Both the position numbers and the translations under genes were made by a program. The notes below the pieces were generated by a model. That model saw nothing but the letters and a program-made list of their open reading frames with translations, ran no database searches and was not told the origin of the DNA. From the NCBI GenBank assembly GCA_964605645.1, contig CAZSDJ010000002.1:394-64393 (forward strand): a stretch of 64,000 nt of DNA, given 5' to 3'. Of the stretch, positions 47,839 to 56,913 are shown one piece after another. The number at the start of each line of letters is the position of its first letter. The first letter of the stretch is position 1. The stretch is from an uncultured Planctomycetia bacterium (lineage in GTDB: Bacteria > Omnitrophota > Gorgyraeia > Duberdicusellales > 4484-171).

Positions 47839-50503
47839 CCAACTCCGAAAAAAATACATAAACTTCTTTAAAGAAAAAGGCCACCGGCTTTTTCCTTCTG
47901 ATAGCTTAGTTCCTGATGATCCTTCAGTTCTTTTTACTTCAGCGGGCATGAATCAATTTAAACCTTATTTTCTTGGCCAAAATAAAAAAGTAAATACAGC
48001 TGTATCTTGTCAAAGGTGCTTGCGTACCGGCGATATTGAAAGAGTAGGGCAAACTCCTTATCATCATACTTTTTTTGAAATGTTAGGTAATTTTTCTTTT
48101 GGGGATTATTTTAAAAAGAAAGCAATAAGTTTAGCTTGGGAATTCCTGACTCAAACTTTAAAAATTGATAAAAAAGATCTTTGGGTCTCAGTTTATAAAA
48201 AAGATAAAGAAGCTTTTTCAATTTGGAAGGATGAAATAGGAGTTTCCACCAAAAAAATATTAAAATTAGGCCAAGATGAGAATTTTTGGCCGGCTAATGT
48301 TATTGAGGAGGGGCCCTGCGGCCCCTGCGGCCCTTGTTCTGAAATTTTTTTTGATCGAGGCAACAATATTGGGTGCAAAAAAAAATCTTGCAATCCAACC
48401 TGTGATTGTAATCGTTTTGTAGAAATTTGGAATCTTGTTTTTACTCAATTCAACCGGCAAGCCGACAAAAACCTAAAGCCATTACCTCAAAAAAATATTG
48501 ATACCGGGATGGGGCTGGAAAGGATGGCTTCTGTTTTACAAAATAAAGATTCTAATTTTGAAATTGATATTTTAGCTCCGGCGGTTAGCAAAGTAAAAGA
48601 AATATTAAAATTAGATAAAAATTTTGATAAAAATTATTTAATCAATTCCATTGTTGATCATTCCCGTGCAGTTGTGTTTTCAATAGCGGATGGGGTGTAC
48701 CCTTCTAATGAAGAACGAGGCTATGTTATCCGTAAATTATTGCGAAAATCTTTGTGGGCTGCTAATCTTTGTGGTTATAAAGAATCATTTGTTTATAAAT
48801 TATTACCTATATTTATTAAAACGATGCAGGAACCTTATCCTTACTTGGCAAAAAAAGAAAAAGTAATAAAAAAGGTTATAAAAGCGGAAGAAGAAAAGTT
48901 TATTCTCTCCTTAGAAGAAGGGAAAAATAAATTTTTTGAATATTTAAAAGAATTAAAAAATAAAAATAAAAAAATTTTGCCGGCAACAAAATTGTTTCGC
49001 CTTTACGATACTTACGGTTTTCCTTTTGAGTTAAGTGAAACTATGGCAAAAGAAAATAATATTAATGTTGACAAGCAAGGAGCAAAAAAGCTATTGGCAA
49101 AACAAAAAGAACGTTCTCGGGCCGGCAGTAAGTTTTTAAAAGATATATTTACAAAGAATTCCTCTCTGTTTGGCGGCAGCGAGCCTACAATTTTTGTTGG
49201 TTATCAAAAAATAAAAACTAATGCTCGAATTAGTCATATTTTGCCCATAGACAAAATGAAAGTTAATTGGCACAAGCAAAAACAGCAACTTCAAGAAGGA
49301 GAAACCGGAGTAATTATTTTAGACAAAACTTCTTTTTATCCGGAATCCGGCGGGCAACTTTCTGATTGCGGCCGGATCAAAACTAATCAAGGAGTATTTT
49401 TTGTAGAGAATGTGTATAAAATAGGTGATGGAGATATTTTTGTTCACCGGGGAAAAGTTATTGAAGGTATAATTAAAAAAGAAGATGCAGAATTAATAGT
49501 TGACCAAAAAAGAAGGCAAGCCTTAAAAAGGGCTCATACTGCAACGCACCTTCTTCAAGCAGCTTTAAAACATTGCTTGGGAGATCATGTAAGCCAACAG
49601 GGTTCTTTAGTTGATGTAGATAGATTACGCTTTGATTTTACTCATTTTAAAGCGTTAACTAAAAAAGAAATAGAAACTACAGAAGAGTTAGTAAATACTT
49701 ATATTTTTGCAGCAAATAAGATTAATAAAGAAGAAAAATCTTTAGAGCAGGCTAAAAAAGAAGGAGCACTGGCATTTTTTAAAGAAAAGTATAAAGATAA
49801 AGTTAGAATGGTTTCTGTAGCTAACTATAGTAAAGAATTGTGTGGAGGTACTCATTTAGAAAATACTTCAGAAGTAGGGGGTTTTGCAATAGTTTCAGAA
49901 AGTTCAGTAAGCAGTGGGATAAGAAGAATTGAAGCGATAACCGGAAATAAATTCTATCGGCTTTTTAAGCAGAATGAAAAAGAAATTATCGATTTAGCCC
50001 AGCTGCTTAAATGCAATCCTGCCAGTATCAAACAAACTATTATAAAAACAATAAATAGTTACAAAGATTGCAAGAGTGAGATTGGTAAAATTGCTAAAGA
50101 AAAAATTTTAGATATTTCTAAAAAATTAATTAAAGATTCTGCTGAAAAAATTAAGGGTATCGATTTGGTAGTCTATGATTTTACAAAAAAAGATAATTTT
50201 AACCTAGAATACAATAATTTTTTTGATTTATTGGATATAACCAAAAAACAAATAAAATTATTTTTTATTTTTGTAATTGGCCGGCAGAATGATAAAATAA
50301 GGTTTTTTTGTTCTTGCTCAAAACAACTCAATAAGAAAGGAATAAGTTGCCGGAGTTTTATCAATCAATTTAAAGAGGAGCTGCCCATAAAAGGCGGCGG
50401 CACCGATAGTTTAGTGCAGGGGGTTGTAAGCGGCAAAGGTAACAACTTGGATCAGAAGGTTAAAAAATGTATTGTGAGGTATTTAAAAAATGAGAGTAGT
50501 TAG
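47828..50503 (+). CDS. alaS: alanine--tRNA ligase
   Basis: Class II catalytic core with GPCGPC(GPC)SEIFFD. Editing domain HTATHLL and CGGTH. C-terminal DHHA1 with GGG. 891 aa. Confidence 0.95.
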   Translation: MKTNQLRKKYINFFKEKGHRLFPSDSLVPDDPSVLFTSAGMNQFKPYFLGQNKKVNTAVSCQRCLRTGDIERVGQTPYHHTFFEMLGNFSFGDYFKKKAISLAWEFLTQTLKIDKKDLWVSVYKKDKEAFSIWKDEIGVSTKKILKLGQDENFWPANVIEEGPCGPCGPCSEIFFDRGNNIGCKKKSCNPTCDCNRFVEIWNLVFTQFNRQADKNLKPLPQKNIDTGMGLERMASVLQNKDSNFEIDILAPAVSKVKEILKLDKNFDKNYLINSIVDHSRAVVFSIADGVYPSNEERGYVIRKLLRKSLWAANLCGYKESFVYKLLPIFIKTMQEPYPYLAKKEKVIKKVIKAEEEKFILSLEEGKNKFFEYLKELKNKNKKILPATKLFRLYDTYGFPFELSETMAKENNINVDKQGAKKLLAKQKERSRAGSKFLKDIFTKNSSLFGGSEPTIFVGYQKIKTNARISHILPIDKMKVNWHKQKQQLQEGETGVIILDKTSFYPESGGQLSDCGRIKTNQGVFFVENVYKIGDGDIFVHRGKVIEGIIKKEDAELIVDQKRRQALKRAHTATHLLQAALKHCLGDHVSQQGSLVDVDRLRFDFTHFKALTKKEIETTEELVNTYIFAANKINKEEKSLEQAKKEGALAFFKEKYKDKVRMVSVANYSKELCGGTHLENTSEVGGFAIVSESSVSSGIRRIEAITGNKFYRLFKQNEKEIIDLAQLLKCNPASIKQTIIKTINSYKDCKSEIGKIAKEKILDISKKLIKDSAEKIKGIDLVVYDFTKKDNFNLEYNNFFDLLDITKKQIKLFFIFVIGRQNDKIRFFCSCSKQLNKKGISCRSFINQFKEELPIKGGGTDSLVQGVVSGKGNNLDQKVKKCIVRYLKNESS

Positions 50504-51710
50504 AAACATAGAAAGCTTAAAAAAAGTAATTGATAAAAGAAGAGTGCGCAAAGATAGTGTTAACCTAAAGGTTGCTAAAATTATTGCAAAAGTTAAACAA
50601 GAAGGGGATAAGGCCTTAGTCGATTATACTAAAAAATTTGATAAAGTGAAAATTCCTTTAAAAGCTATTCAAATTAGCGAATCAGAAGTAAGTGCGGCTT
50701 TTGGAGATTTAAATTCAGCACTTATTTCCAGCTTTAAAATAGCTATTGAAAATATTACTAAATTTTATAAAAAACAAATCCCCAAAGCCAGAAGAACAAA
50801 AGACCCTAATGGCAAAAAACTTATTAGCCGTTATGTTCCTTTGGCTAAAGTTGGGGTTTATGTCCCGGCTGGTACAGCTCCGCTCGTGTCTTCTGTGTAT
50901 ATGTCTGTGATCCCGGCGTTGGTAGCAGGAGTTGATGAAGTCGTATTAGTTTCACCGCCGAATAAAGAAGGCAGAATTAATCCTTTTATTTTAGCTATTG
51001 CATCTTTATTGAAAATTAAAAAAATATATCGAGCCGGCGGCGCGCAAGCTATTGCTGCTTTAGCTTATGGCACAGAAACTATTGAAAAAGTTGATAAAAT
51101 TGTCGGTCCCGGTAATGAATATGTTACCGAGGCAAAAAGGCAAGTTTTTGGGCAAGCTGATATTGATATGTTAGCCGGGCCTTCCGAGGTTGTGGTGGTA
51201 GCATCCAGTAATTCAAACGTTGACTACATTATTGCTGATCTGGACGCTCAGATAGAACATTATAAAGGGTTAGGGATTGTGGTTACTAATTCAAAGCGAA
51301 TTATTAGGGCCCTGCGGCAAAGTAAAGTTACCGGTTATGCTTTAAGGGTAAGGAATTTGGATAAGGCAGTCGAAGTAGTCAACCAAATTGCACCGGAACA
51401 TTTAGCAATTTTAACTAAAAAACCACATGCTTTAGTTAGTAAGATAAGAAATGCCGGAGCAATATTCTTAGGAGATTATAGTCCCGTTGCTTTAGGAGAT
51501 TATACTGCCGGGCCGTCCCATGTTCTCCCCACCGGAGGCAGCAGCCGTTTCTTTTCTACACTTTCGGTAAAAGATTTCTTAAAAGAAAGCCATATTATTC
51601 GTTATACTAAAAAAGCTGTATTAGAAGAGTTTGATACTTTAGAAAAAATTGCGAATTTAGAAGGGATGAAAAAACACATAGAAAGTGTGAGAAAACGGAT
51701 AGAAAATTAA
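50490..51710 (+). CDS. hisD: histidinol dehydrogenase
   Basis: 406 aa, HisD family (zinc and NAD binding regions). Confidence 0.9.
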   Translation: MRVVRNIESLKKVIDKRRVRKDSVNLKVAKIIAKVKQEGDKALVDYTKKFDKVKIPLKAIQISESEVSAAFGDLNSALISSFKIAIENITKFYKKQIPKARRTKDPNGKKLISRYVPLAKVGVYVPAGTAPLVSSVYMSVIPALVAGVDEVVLVSPPNKEGRINPFILAIASLLKIKKIYRAGGAQAIAALAYGTETIEKVDKIVGPGNEYVTEAKRQVFGQADIDMLAGPSEVVVVASSNSNVDYIIADLDAQIEHYKGLGIVVTNSKRIIRALRQSKVTGYALRVRNLDKAVEVVNQIAPEHLAILTKKPHALVSKIRNAGAIFLGDYSPVALGDYTAGPSHVLPTGGSSRFFSTLSVKDFLKESHIIRYTKKAVLEEFDTLEKIANLEGMKKHIESVRKRIEN

Positions 51711-51725
51711 GCAAGGAGAAGAGTG

Positions 51726-52355
51726 ATGTTCAATAAAAAAAGAGAATCAAAATTAATGAGAAAAACTAACGAAGTAGATATTGAAGGCTGTTTTAACCTG
51801 GATGGCTCAGGTAAAACTAAAATAAATACCGGTTTTGAACCGCTTAATCATCTACTTACTTTATTTGTTTTCCATGGCTTGTTTGATTTAGAGTTGAAAG
51901 CGAAAGGTGATCTCCAACATCATATCATAGAAGATATCGGGATTGCTTTGGGAAAAGCCCTGAAAGAATCATTGGCAGAAAAAAAAGGCATAAATAGATA
52001 CGGTACTTTTTCCGCTACTATGGATAAGGTAGTGGTTGAAGCAAACATTGATATCAGCGGCAGGCCTTCTTTACAGAAAAAAGTAAGTGATGACAATAAA
52101 GCAATCGTTGAAGCTACCTTGTCCGGAGATACTTTTGATGACACAAACTTTCGTTTTAAGGATGCTGAGGAATTTTTAGAAGCATTTATTCAGCACTCGG
52201 GTTTAAGTGTGGTTTATATAATTAAATCTGGAGAAGGAGATCTGCACCATCTATTGGAAGCTTTATTTAAAGCTTTGGGTAAGGCCCTAGATCAAGCCAG
52301 TCAAATTGATCCTCGCCGTCGCGGTGTTCCTTCAACCAAGGGAATTATTGATTGA
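51726..52355 (+). CDS. hisB: imidazoleglycerol-phosphate dehydratase (monofunctional)
   Basis: IGPD motifs (TNEVDIEG, HHIIEDIGIALG, GDLHHLLEA). RBS AAGGAG supports the ATG at 51726. No fused phosphatase domain. Confidence 0.9.
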   Translation: MFNKKRESKLMRKTNEVDIEGCFNLDGSGKTKINTGFEPLNHLLTLFVFHGLFDLELKAKGDLQHHIIEDIGIALGKALKESLAEKKGINRYGTFSATMDKVVVEANIDISGRPSLQKKVSDDNKAIVEATLSGDTFDDTNFRFKDAEEFLEAFIQHSGLSVVYIIKSGEGDLHHLLEALFKALGKALDQASQIDPRRRGVPSTKGIID

Positions 52356-52357
52356 AA

Positions 52358-52463
52358 AGTCCTAAGTCCAGAGTCCTATGTCCTGTGTCGAAAAAATAAT
52401 TAAGAAAGATTTAATAAATTATAAAAATTATGACGTTGGACTTAAGACGTAGGACCTTGGACT
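52358..52463. repeat. inverted pair of heptamer arrays (AGTCCNN)x4 ... (GGACNNN)x4 flanking a 48-nt A/T-rich spacer, hisB-hisH intergenic
   Basis: Left arm aagtcctaagtccagagtcctatgtcctgtgtc at 52358-52389. Right arm ggacttaagacgtaggaccttggact at 52438-52463, the approximate reverse complement. Confidence 0.75.
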
Positions 52464-52471
52464 AAAATATT

Positions 52472-53128
52472 ATGACAGTAATAGTTGACTATGGGATGGG
52501 TAATTTAGAGAGTGTAAAAAACGCGGTTCTTTTTTTAGACAAAAAAGTAATTATTACCAGCTCACCTAAAGACTTACTCGCGGCTGAAAAGATTATTTTT
52601 CCCGGTGTGGGCCATTTTGGAAAAGCAATAACTGAATTAAAAAAAAGAGGGCTTGTTGAAATTTTAAAGAAAAGAATTAACCAAGGTATACCTTTTTTAG
52701 GAATTTGTTTAGGGATGCAATTGCTATTTGAAAAAAGCAGCGAAGCAGAAGGGGTAAACGGCCTTGGCCTGATAAAAGGAGAAGTTTTAAAGTTTAATTC
52801 TAAAAATTTAATTGTGCCTCATATGGGGTGGAATCAGATAAATAAAGTCCAAAGTCCTAAGTCCAAAGTCTCCGCCTCCGCCAAGACTATGGCGGACAAG
52901 CTAAGTCAAGAAAAGGGGTTGTTTGAGGGGATTGAAGACGGCAGTTATTTTTATTTTGCCCACTCTTATTTTTGTAAGCCCCATGAAGATGTTACCTTAG
53001 CAACCGTTGATTATGGTGAAAATTTTAGTTGTGCTATACATAAAAAAAATATTTGGGCTATTCAATTTCATCCGGAAAAAAGCCAAAAGAAAGGCTTAAA
53101 AGTTTTAGATAATTTCTTAATAATTTAG
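52472..53128 (+). CDS. hisH: imidazole glycerol phosphate synthase glutaminase subunit HisH, with in-frame repeat-derived insertion
   Basis: Class I GATase triad (GICLGMQ Cys, HPE His). Extra segment KVQSPKSKVSASAKTMADKLSQEK between the GWN and LF motifs. Confidence 0.9.
   Translation: MTVIVDYGMGNLESVKNAVLFLDKKVIITSSPKDLLAAEKIIFPGVGHFGKAITELKKRGLVEILKKRINQGIPFLGICLGMQLLFEKSSEAEGVNGLGLIKGEVLKFNSKNLIVPHMGWNQINKVQSPKSKVSASAKTMADKLSQEKGLFEGIEDGSYFYFAHSYFCKPHEDVTLATVDYGENFSCAIHKKNIWAIQFHPEKSQKKGLKVLDNFLII
52845..52870. repeat. heptamer array (AAGTCCN)x3.5 inside hisH coding sequence
   Basis: aagtccaaagtcctaagtccaaagtc read in-frame as KVQSPKSKV. Followed by the tccgcctccgcc mini-repeat. Confidence 0.75.
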
Positions 53129-53132
53129 AAAA

Positions 53133-53840
53133 ATGATAATAATTCCTGCTATTGATTTATATCAGAAAAAAGTTGTAAGATTGATTAAGGGAGAGAAGTC
53201 CGATTGTAAGGTTTATAGTGATAACCCGGTTGAGGTGGCAAAAAAATGGCAAAGCCAAGGAGCTAAGTGGCTGCATTTAGTAGATTTATCTGCTGCTTTT
53301 TCTGAAGGTGACAACAAAGATATAATCGAAAGGATTATAAGAGAAGTAAATATCTCAGTGGAGGTAGGCGGCGGTATTCGCAGTCTTGAAGAAATAGAAA
53401 AATTAGTGTCTCTGGGGACAGATAGGATAATATTAGGCACTAAGGCAACAGAATTAGATTTTTTAAAACAAGCTTTAGCTATTGCCGGTGATAAAATAGC
53501 AGTGGCAGTGGATGAAAAAGATGACAAAGTCGCAGTAGACGGTTGGCAGAAAAATAGTGATTTATCAATATCCCAATATCTAAATTATCTAAAAAAGCAG
53601 AGAGTTGAGTGGGTAATTTATACCGATATCTCTCGTGATGGCACCTTGCAAGGCTTAAATTTTTCGAAAATAAAACAATTTTTTAAAGATAATCAATTTA
53701 ATTTAATTTTTTCCGGAGGTATTTCTTGCCTAGAAGATATAAAAAGCTTAAAAACAGCAGCTCCTACCGCAAAAGGAGTAATCGTGGGAAAAGCTCTTTA
53801 TGAGAAAAGATTCAGTCTCGCAGCTGCTTTAGCTATTTAG
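53133..53840 (+). CDS. hisA: ProFAR isomerase HisA
   Basis: N-terminus IIIPAIDL, (beta/alpha)8 HisA/HisF family. 235 aa. Follows hisH. Confidence 0.85.
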   Translation: MIIIPAIDLYQKKVVRLIKGEKSDCKVYSDNPVEVAKKWQSQGAKWLHLVDLSAAFSEGDNKDIIERIIREVNISVEVGGGIRSLEEIEKLVSLGTDRIILGTKATELDFLKQALAIAGDKIAVAVDEKDDKVAVDGWQKNSDLSISQYLNYLKKQRVEWVIYTDISRDGTLQGLNFSKIKQFFKDNQFNLIFSGGISCLEDIKSLKTAAPTAKGVIVGKALYEKRFSLAAALAI

Positions 53841-53898
53841 GTTTAAGAAGATTGTAATTACAAGTGCGACAATTCTAAAAAGTAGTTTTTTACCTGTT

Positions 53899-53927
53899 AT
53901 TGCGAGGAGCGTAAGCGACGAAGCAAT
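53899..53927. repeat. ATTGCGAGGAGC-N-CGACGAAGCAAT element (copy 2)
   Basis: Differs from copy 1 (11761-11788) at about 3 positions. Lies in the hisA-MNT spacer. Confidence 0.6.
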
Positions 53928-53957
53928 CTCTCATAAATAGAGTAAAGATTGTTTCGC

Positions 53958-53996
53958 CTTTGACAACAGAACCGCTAAAATATACAGTTGTCAAAG
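53958..53996. promoter_or_regulatory. inverted repeat CTTTGACAAC-N19-GTTGTCAAAG containing TTGACA -35-like boxes on both strands
   Basis: Same architecture as the rpsB P1 region and the 27118 palindrome. Upstream of the MNT/HepT pair. Confidence 0.45.
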
Positions 53997-54116
53997 ACTC
54001 CCAATGACACTGAGACAAGTTGTTGCAATATGAGTTACAATTCACCTTGATAGTGCTCAGTTGCAAAAAAGGTGTTTTTTAGAATCTTTTTATGCTATAA
54101 TTATTCGAATATAATT

Positions 54117-54419
54117 ATGTTGACTAGAAAAGAAATATTTTCAATTTTAAAAAATCAATTGCCTTATTTACGCAATTATTTTGGTGTAAGCCGCATTGCA
54201 GTTTTTGGTTCTTTTGCAGAGGGTTCTCCGCGGGAAAATAGTGATGTTGATTTATTGGTTGAATTTGATAAATCACCCGGATTAAAATTTATAGAACTGA
54301 GCGAGTATCTTGAAAAAAAAATAGGTAAAAAGGTTGATATTTTGACACCGGGCGGCCTTAAAGGGATACGGCTTTCTAGAGTGGCTGAAGATATAAAGAA
54401 TAGTTTGCACTATGTCTAA
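54117..54419 (+). CDS. minimal nucleotidyltransferase (MNT) antitoxin of HepT/MNT type VII TA system
   Basis: GSFAEGSPRENSDVDLLV, a Pol-beta-type NTase GS...D.D motif. About 100 aa. Start chosen at MLTRKEIF rather than the ORF-track 54072. Confidence 0.7.
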   Translation: MLTRKEIFSILKNQLPYLRNYFGVSRIAVFGSFAEGSPRENSDVDLLVEFDKSPGLKFIELSEYLEKKIGKKVDILTPGGLKGIRLSRVAEDIKNSLHYV

Positions 54420-54759
54420 AAGAAATGATCTTGATTATATAGCAGACATCTTGGAAGCATTAAAAAGGATATTTTCTTACTGTGATAATTTGAATTATGA
54501 TCAATTTTTAGATGATGAAAAGACTCAGGATGCTGTAGTACGCAACCTTGAAATAATTGGCGAAGCATCTAAAAATATTTCTTCTGTTTTTTCTCAAAAA
54601 TATTCCGAAGTTACTTGGAGTGATTTAGCTAAAGTTAGAGACAAGCTTATTCATCATTATTTTGGTGTGAATATAGATATTGTTTGGAGTATTATCGAAA
54701 GTTCTTTGCCTAAACTGCAGAATCAATTAAAAGAGATTTATGATCGCGAGATTTGCTAG
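54412..54759 (+). CDS. HepT-like (DUF86/HEPN) RNase toxin
   Basis: HEPN Rx4HxY motif RDKLIHHY. 115 aa. Overlaps the MNT gene by 8 nt. Confidence 0.7.
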   Translation: MSKRNDLDYIADILEALKRIFSYCDNLNYDQFLDDEKTQDAVVRNLEIIGEASKNISSVFSQKYSEVTWSDLAKVRDKLIHHYFGVNIDIVWSIIESSLPKLQNQLKEIYDREIC

Positions 54760-54812
54760 TTTTTTAAGATTAATTGTTGACAAGACTCTATAATATGGTA
54801 TAAAAATTGCCT

Positions 54813-55238
54813 ATGCAAAAGACTAAATTTTATAAAAAAGACGAAAAAGATTGGATTTTGATTAACGGCCGCGGCAGGATTTTGGGCCGTTTAGCTACCC
54901 GCATTGCGCGAATTTTGCAGGGTAAACACAAGGCTACCTATACTCCTAATTCTATTTGTGGAGATAAAGTGGTGGTTATCAATGCAAAAGGGATAAAAGT
55001 AACGGGCAAAAAAGATACAGATAAAAAATATGATAAATATTCCGGCTATCCGGGTGGGCGAAAAGAAATCAGGTTAGAAGAGTTATTGGAAAAAAGCCCT
55101 ACTAAAGCTTTATTTTATGCGGTAAGCGGGATGCTTCCGAAAAATAAATTAAGAAAAGATATGCTGAGGTCATTAAAGATTTATGCCGGCAAAGATCATA
55201 AACAAGCTGCACAGCAGCCAAAAGAGGTAGATGTTTAA
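54813..55238 (+). CDS. rplM: 50S ribosomal protein L13
   Basis: L13 family (DWILINGRGRILGRLATRIARIL). 141 aa from the ATG at 54813. Confidence 0.9.
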   Translation: MQKTKFYKKDEKDWILINGRGRILGRLATRIARILQGKHKATYTPNSICGDKVVVINAKGIKVTGKKDTDKKYDKYSGYPGGRKEIRLEELLEKSPTKALFYAVSGMLPKNKLRKDMLRSLKIYAGKDHKQAAQQPKEVDV

Positions 55239-55239
55239 G

Positions 55240-55650
55240 ATGGAAATGAAAACAGAAAATAATAAGATACATAATGCTACCGGCCGCCGCAAGGAATCAG
55301 TGGCAAGGGTTAAATTAGTGCCGGAAGGCTCAGGAGTGCTAAAGGTAAATGGTAAAAAGATAGATGATTATTTTACTACTGTTGACAGTAGAAATCAGGC
55401 AAAGAAGCCTTTGCTCGCAACTGAATTAGATAAAAATGTAGATATTCAGGCGAAGGTAAGCGGTGGAGGCCTAAGCGGTCAAGCGGGGGCAATCTCTTTA
55501 GGGATAGCCCGTTGCTTACTTGTTTGGCGGCCGGAATTAAAGACCATCCTTAAAGAACAGAACTTTCTTACCCGTGATCCCCGTGCAAAAGAGCGGAAAA
55601 AATACGGCCGTAAAGGTGCCCGCAAAAGATTTCAGTGGACAAAGCGCTAA
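55240..55650 (+). CDS. rpsI: 30S ribosomal protein S9
   Basis: GRRKESVARVKL and C-terminal KYGRKGARKRFQWTKR. Start chosen for RBS AAGAGG spacing. Confidence 0.9.
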   Translation: MEMKTENNKIHNATGRRKESVARVKLVPEGSGVLKVNGKKIDDYFTTVDSRNQAKKPLLATELDKNVDIQAKVSGGGLSGQAGAISLGIARCLLVWRPELKTILKEQNFLTRDPRAKERKKYGRKGARKRFQWTKR

Positions 55651-55698
55651 TTTTTTTCGTCTTGATAATTATTTTTGTAAATTGAGGTATTCCCATTC

Positions 55699-56886
55699 AT
55701 GACCAATACAATTGAAGAAATTATTGAAGATATTAAGCAAGGTAAGCCGGTAATTGTGGTCGATGATGAATCTCGCGAAAATGAGGGTGATATTGTCATT
55801 GCAGCTCAATTTGCAACTCCTAAAATTATTAATTTTATGATTAAAGAGGCAAGAGGATTAGTTTGTGTGCCTTTAACCAAAAAAAGGACAGAACAATTAC
55901 AACTTAATCCGATGTCTGATAAAGATTCTGATGATAAATTTAAAACGGCTTGGCGAATTTCAGTTGATGCAAAAAAGGGAGTAACTACCGGAATTTCTGC
56001 TTATGATCGAGCTCGGACCATTGAAGTATTAATTGATCCAAAAAGCAATGGAGATTCTTTTCTGAAGCCCGGCCATCTTTTTCCCCTTGAAGCTGAAGAA
56101 GGAGGAGTTTTAGTAAGGGCCGGCCACACTGAGGCGGCCGTTGATTTAGCAAAGATATCAGGGCTTAAGCCAGCTGGAGTAATTTGTGAAGTGATCAAAG
56201 AAGATGGCTCAATGGCAAGATTCCCCGATTTAGTTGAATTTACTAAAATTCATAATTTAAAAATTTGTACTATTGCTTCTTTAATCGAATATCGCAGGCG
56301 TAAAGAAAAATTAGTTAGTTTAGTTGAAAAAGTTAAATTGCCCACTGCTTATGGTGATTTTTCTTTATGTTTATATCAATCAATTTTAGATAACAGCCAA
56401 CATCTGGCTTTAGTTAATAATTTAAAAAGAGATAAACCTGTTTTGGTTAGAGTTCACTCCGAATGTTTAACGGGTGATGTGCTGGCCTCACTGCGGTGTG
56501 ATTGCGGAACTCAATTGCAAAAAGCCTTAAAGATGATTGGAGAATCGGGAGGAGTGCTTTTGTATATGCGTCAAGAAGGTAGGGGGATTGGCCTCGCCAA
56601 TAAAATTAAAGCTTATAAATTGCAAGAAGAAGGTAAAGATACAGTGGAGGCAAATACTGATTTAGGTTTTGAGCCTGACCTCCGTGATTATGGGATTGGG
56701 GCACAAATTTTAGCGGATTTGGGTATTAAAAAAATAAGGCTGCTAACCAATAATCCGCGCAAAATAGTCGGCCTGGAAGGTTATGGCTTAGAGATAACCG
56801 AAAGAGTTTCAGTTAAAATTAAATCAGGTAAAGACAATAGTTGTTACCTCAATACAAAAAAAGATAAATTAGATCATATCTTGTGA
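55699..56886 (+). CDS. ribBA: bifunctional 3,4-dihydroxy-2-butanone-4-phosphate synthase / GTP cyclohydrolase II
   Basis: DHBP synthase N-terminal half (VVDDESRENEGD, RAGHTEA). GCH II half with zinc Cys CLTGD...CDCG. 395 aa. Confidence 0.9.
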   Translation: MTNTIEEIIEDIKQGKPVIVVDDESRENEGDIVIAAQFATPKIINFMIKEARGLVCVPLTKKRTEQLQLNPMSDKDSDDKFKTAWRISVDAKKGVTTGISAYDRARTIEVLIDPKSNGDSFLKPGHLFPLEAEEGGVLVRAGHTEAAVDLAKISGLKPAGVICEVIKEDGSMARFPDLVEFTKIHNLKICTIASLIEYRRRKEKLVSLVEKVKLPTAYGDFSLCLYQSILDNSQHLALVNNLKRDKPVLVRVHSECLTGDVLASLRCDCGTQLQKALKMIGESGGVLLYMRQEGRGIGLANKIKAYKLQEEGKDTVEANTDLGFEPDLRDYGIGAQILADLGIKKIRLLTNNPRKIVGLEGYGLEITERVSVKIKSGKDNSCYLNTKKDKLDHIL

Positions 56887-56913
56887 TATAATCGTATTTA
56901 ATCGGGAGGGTTT

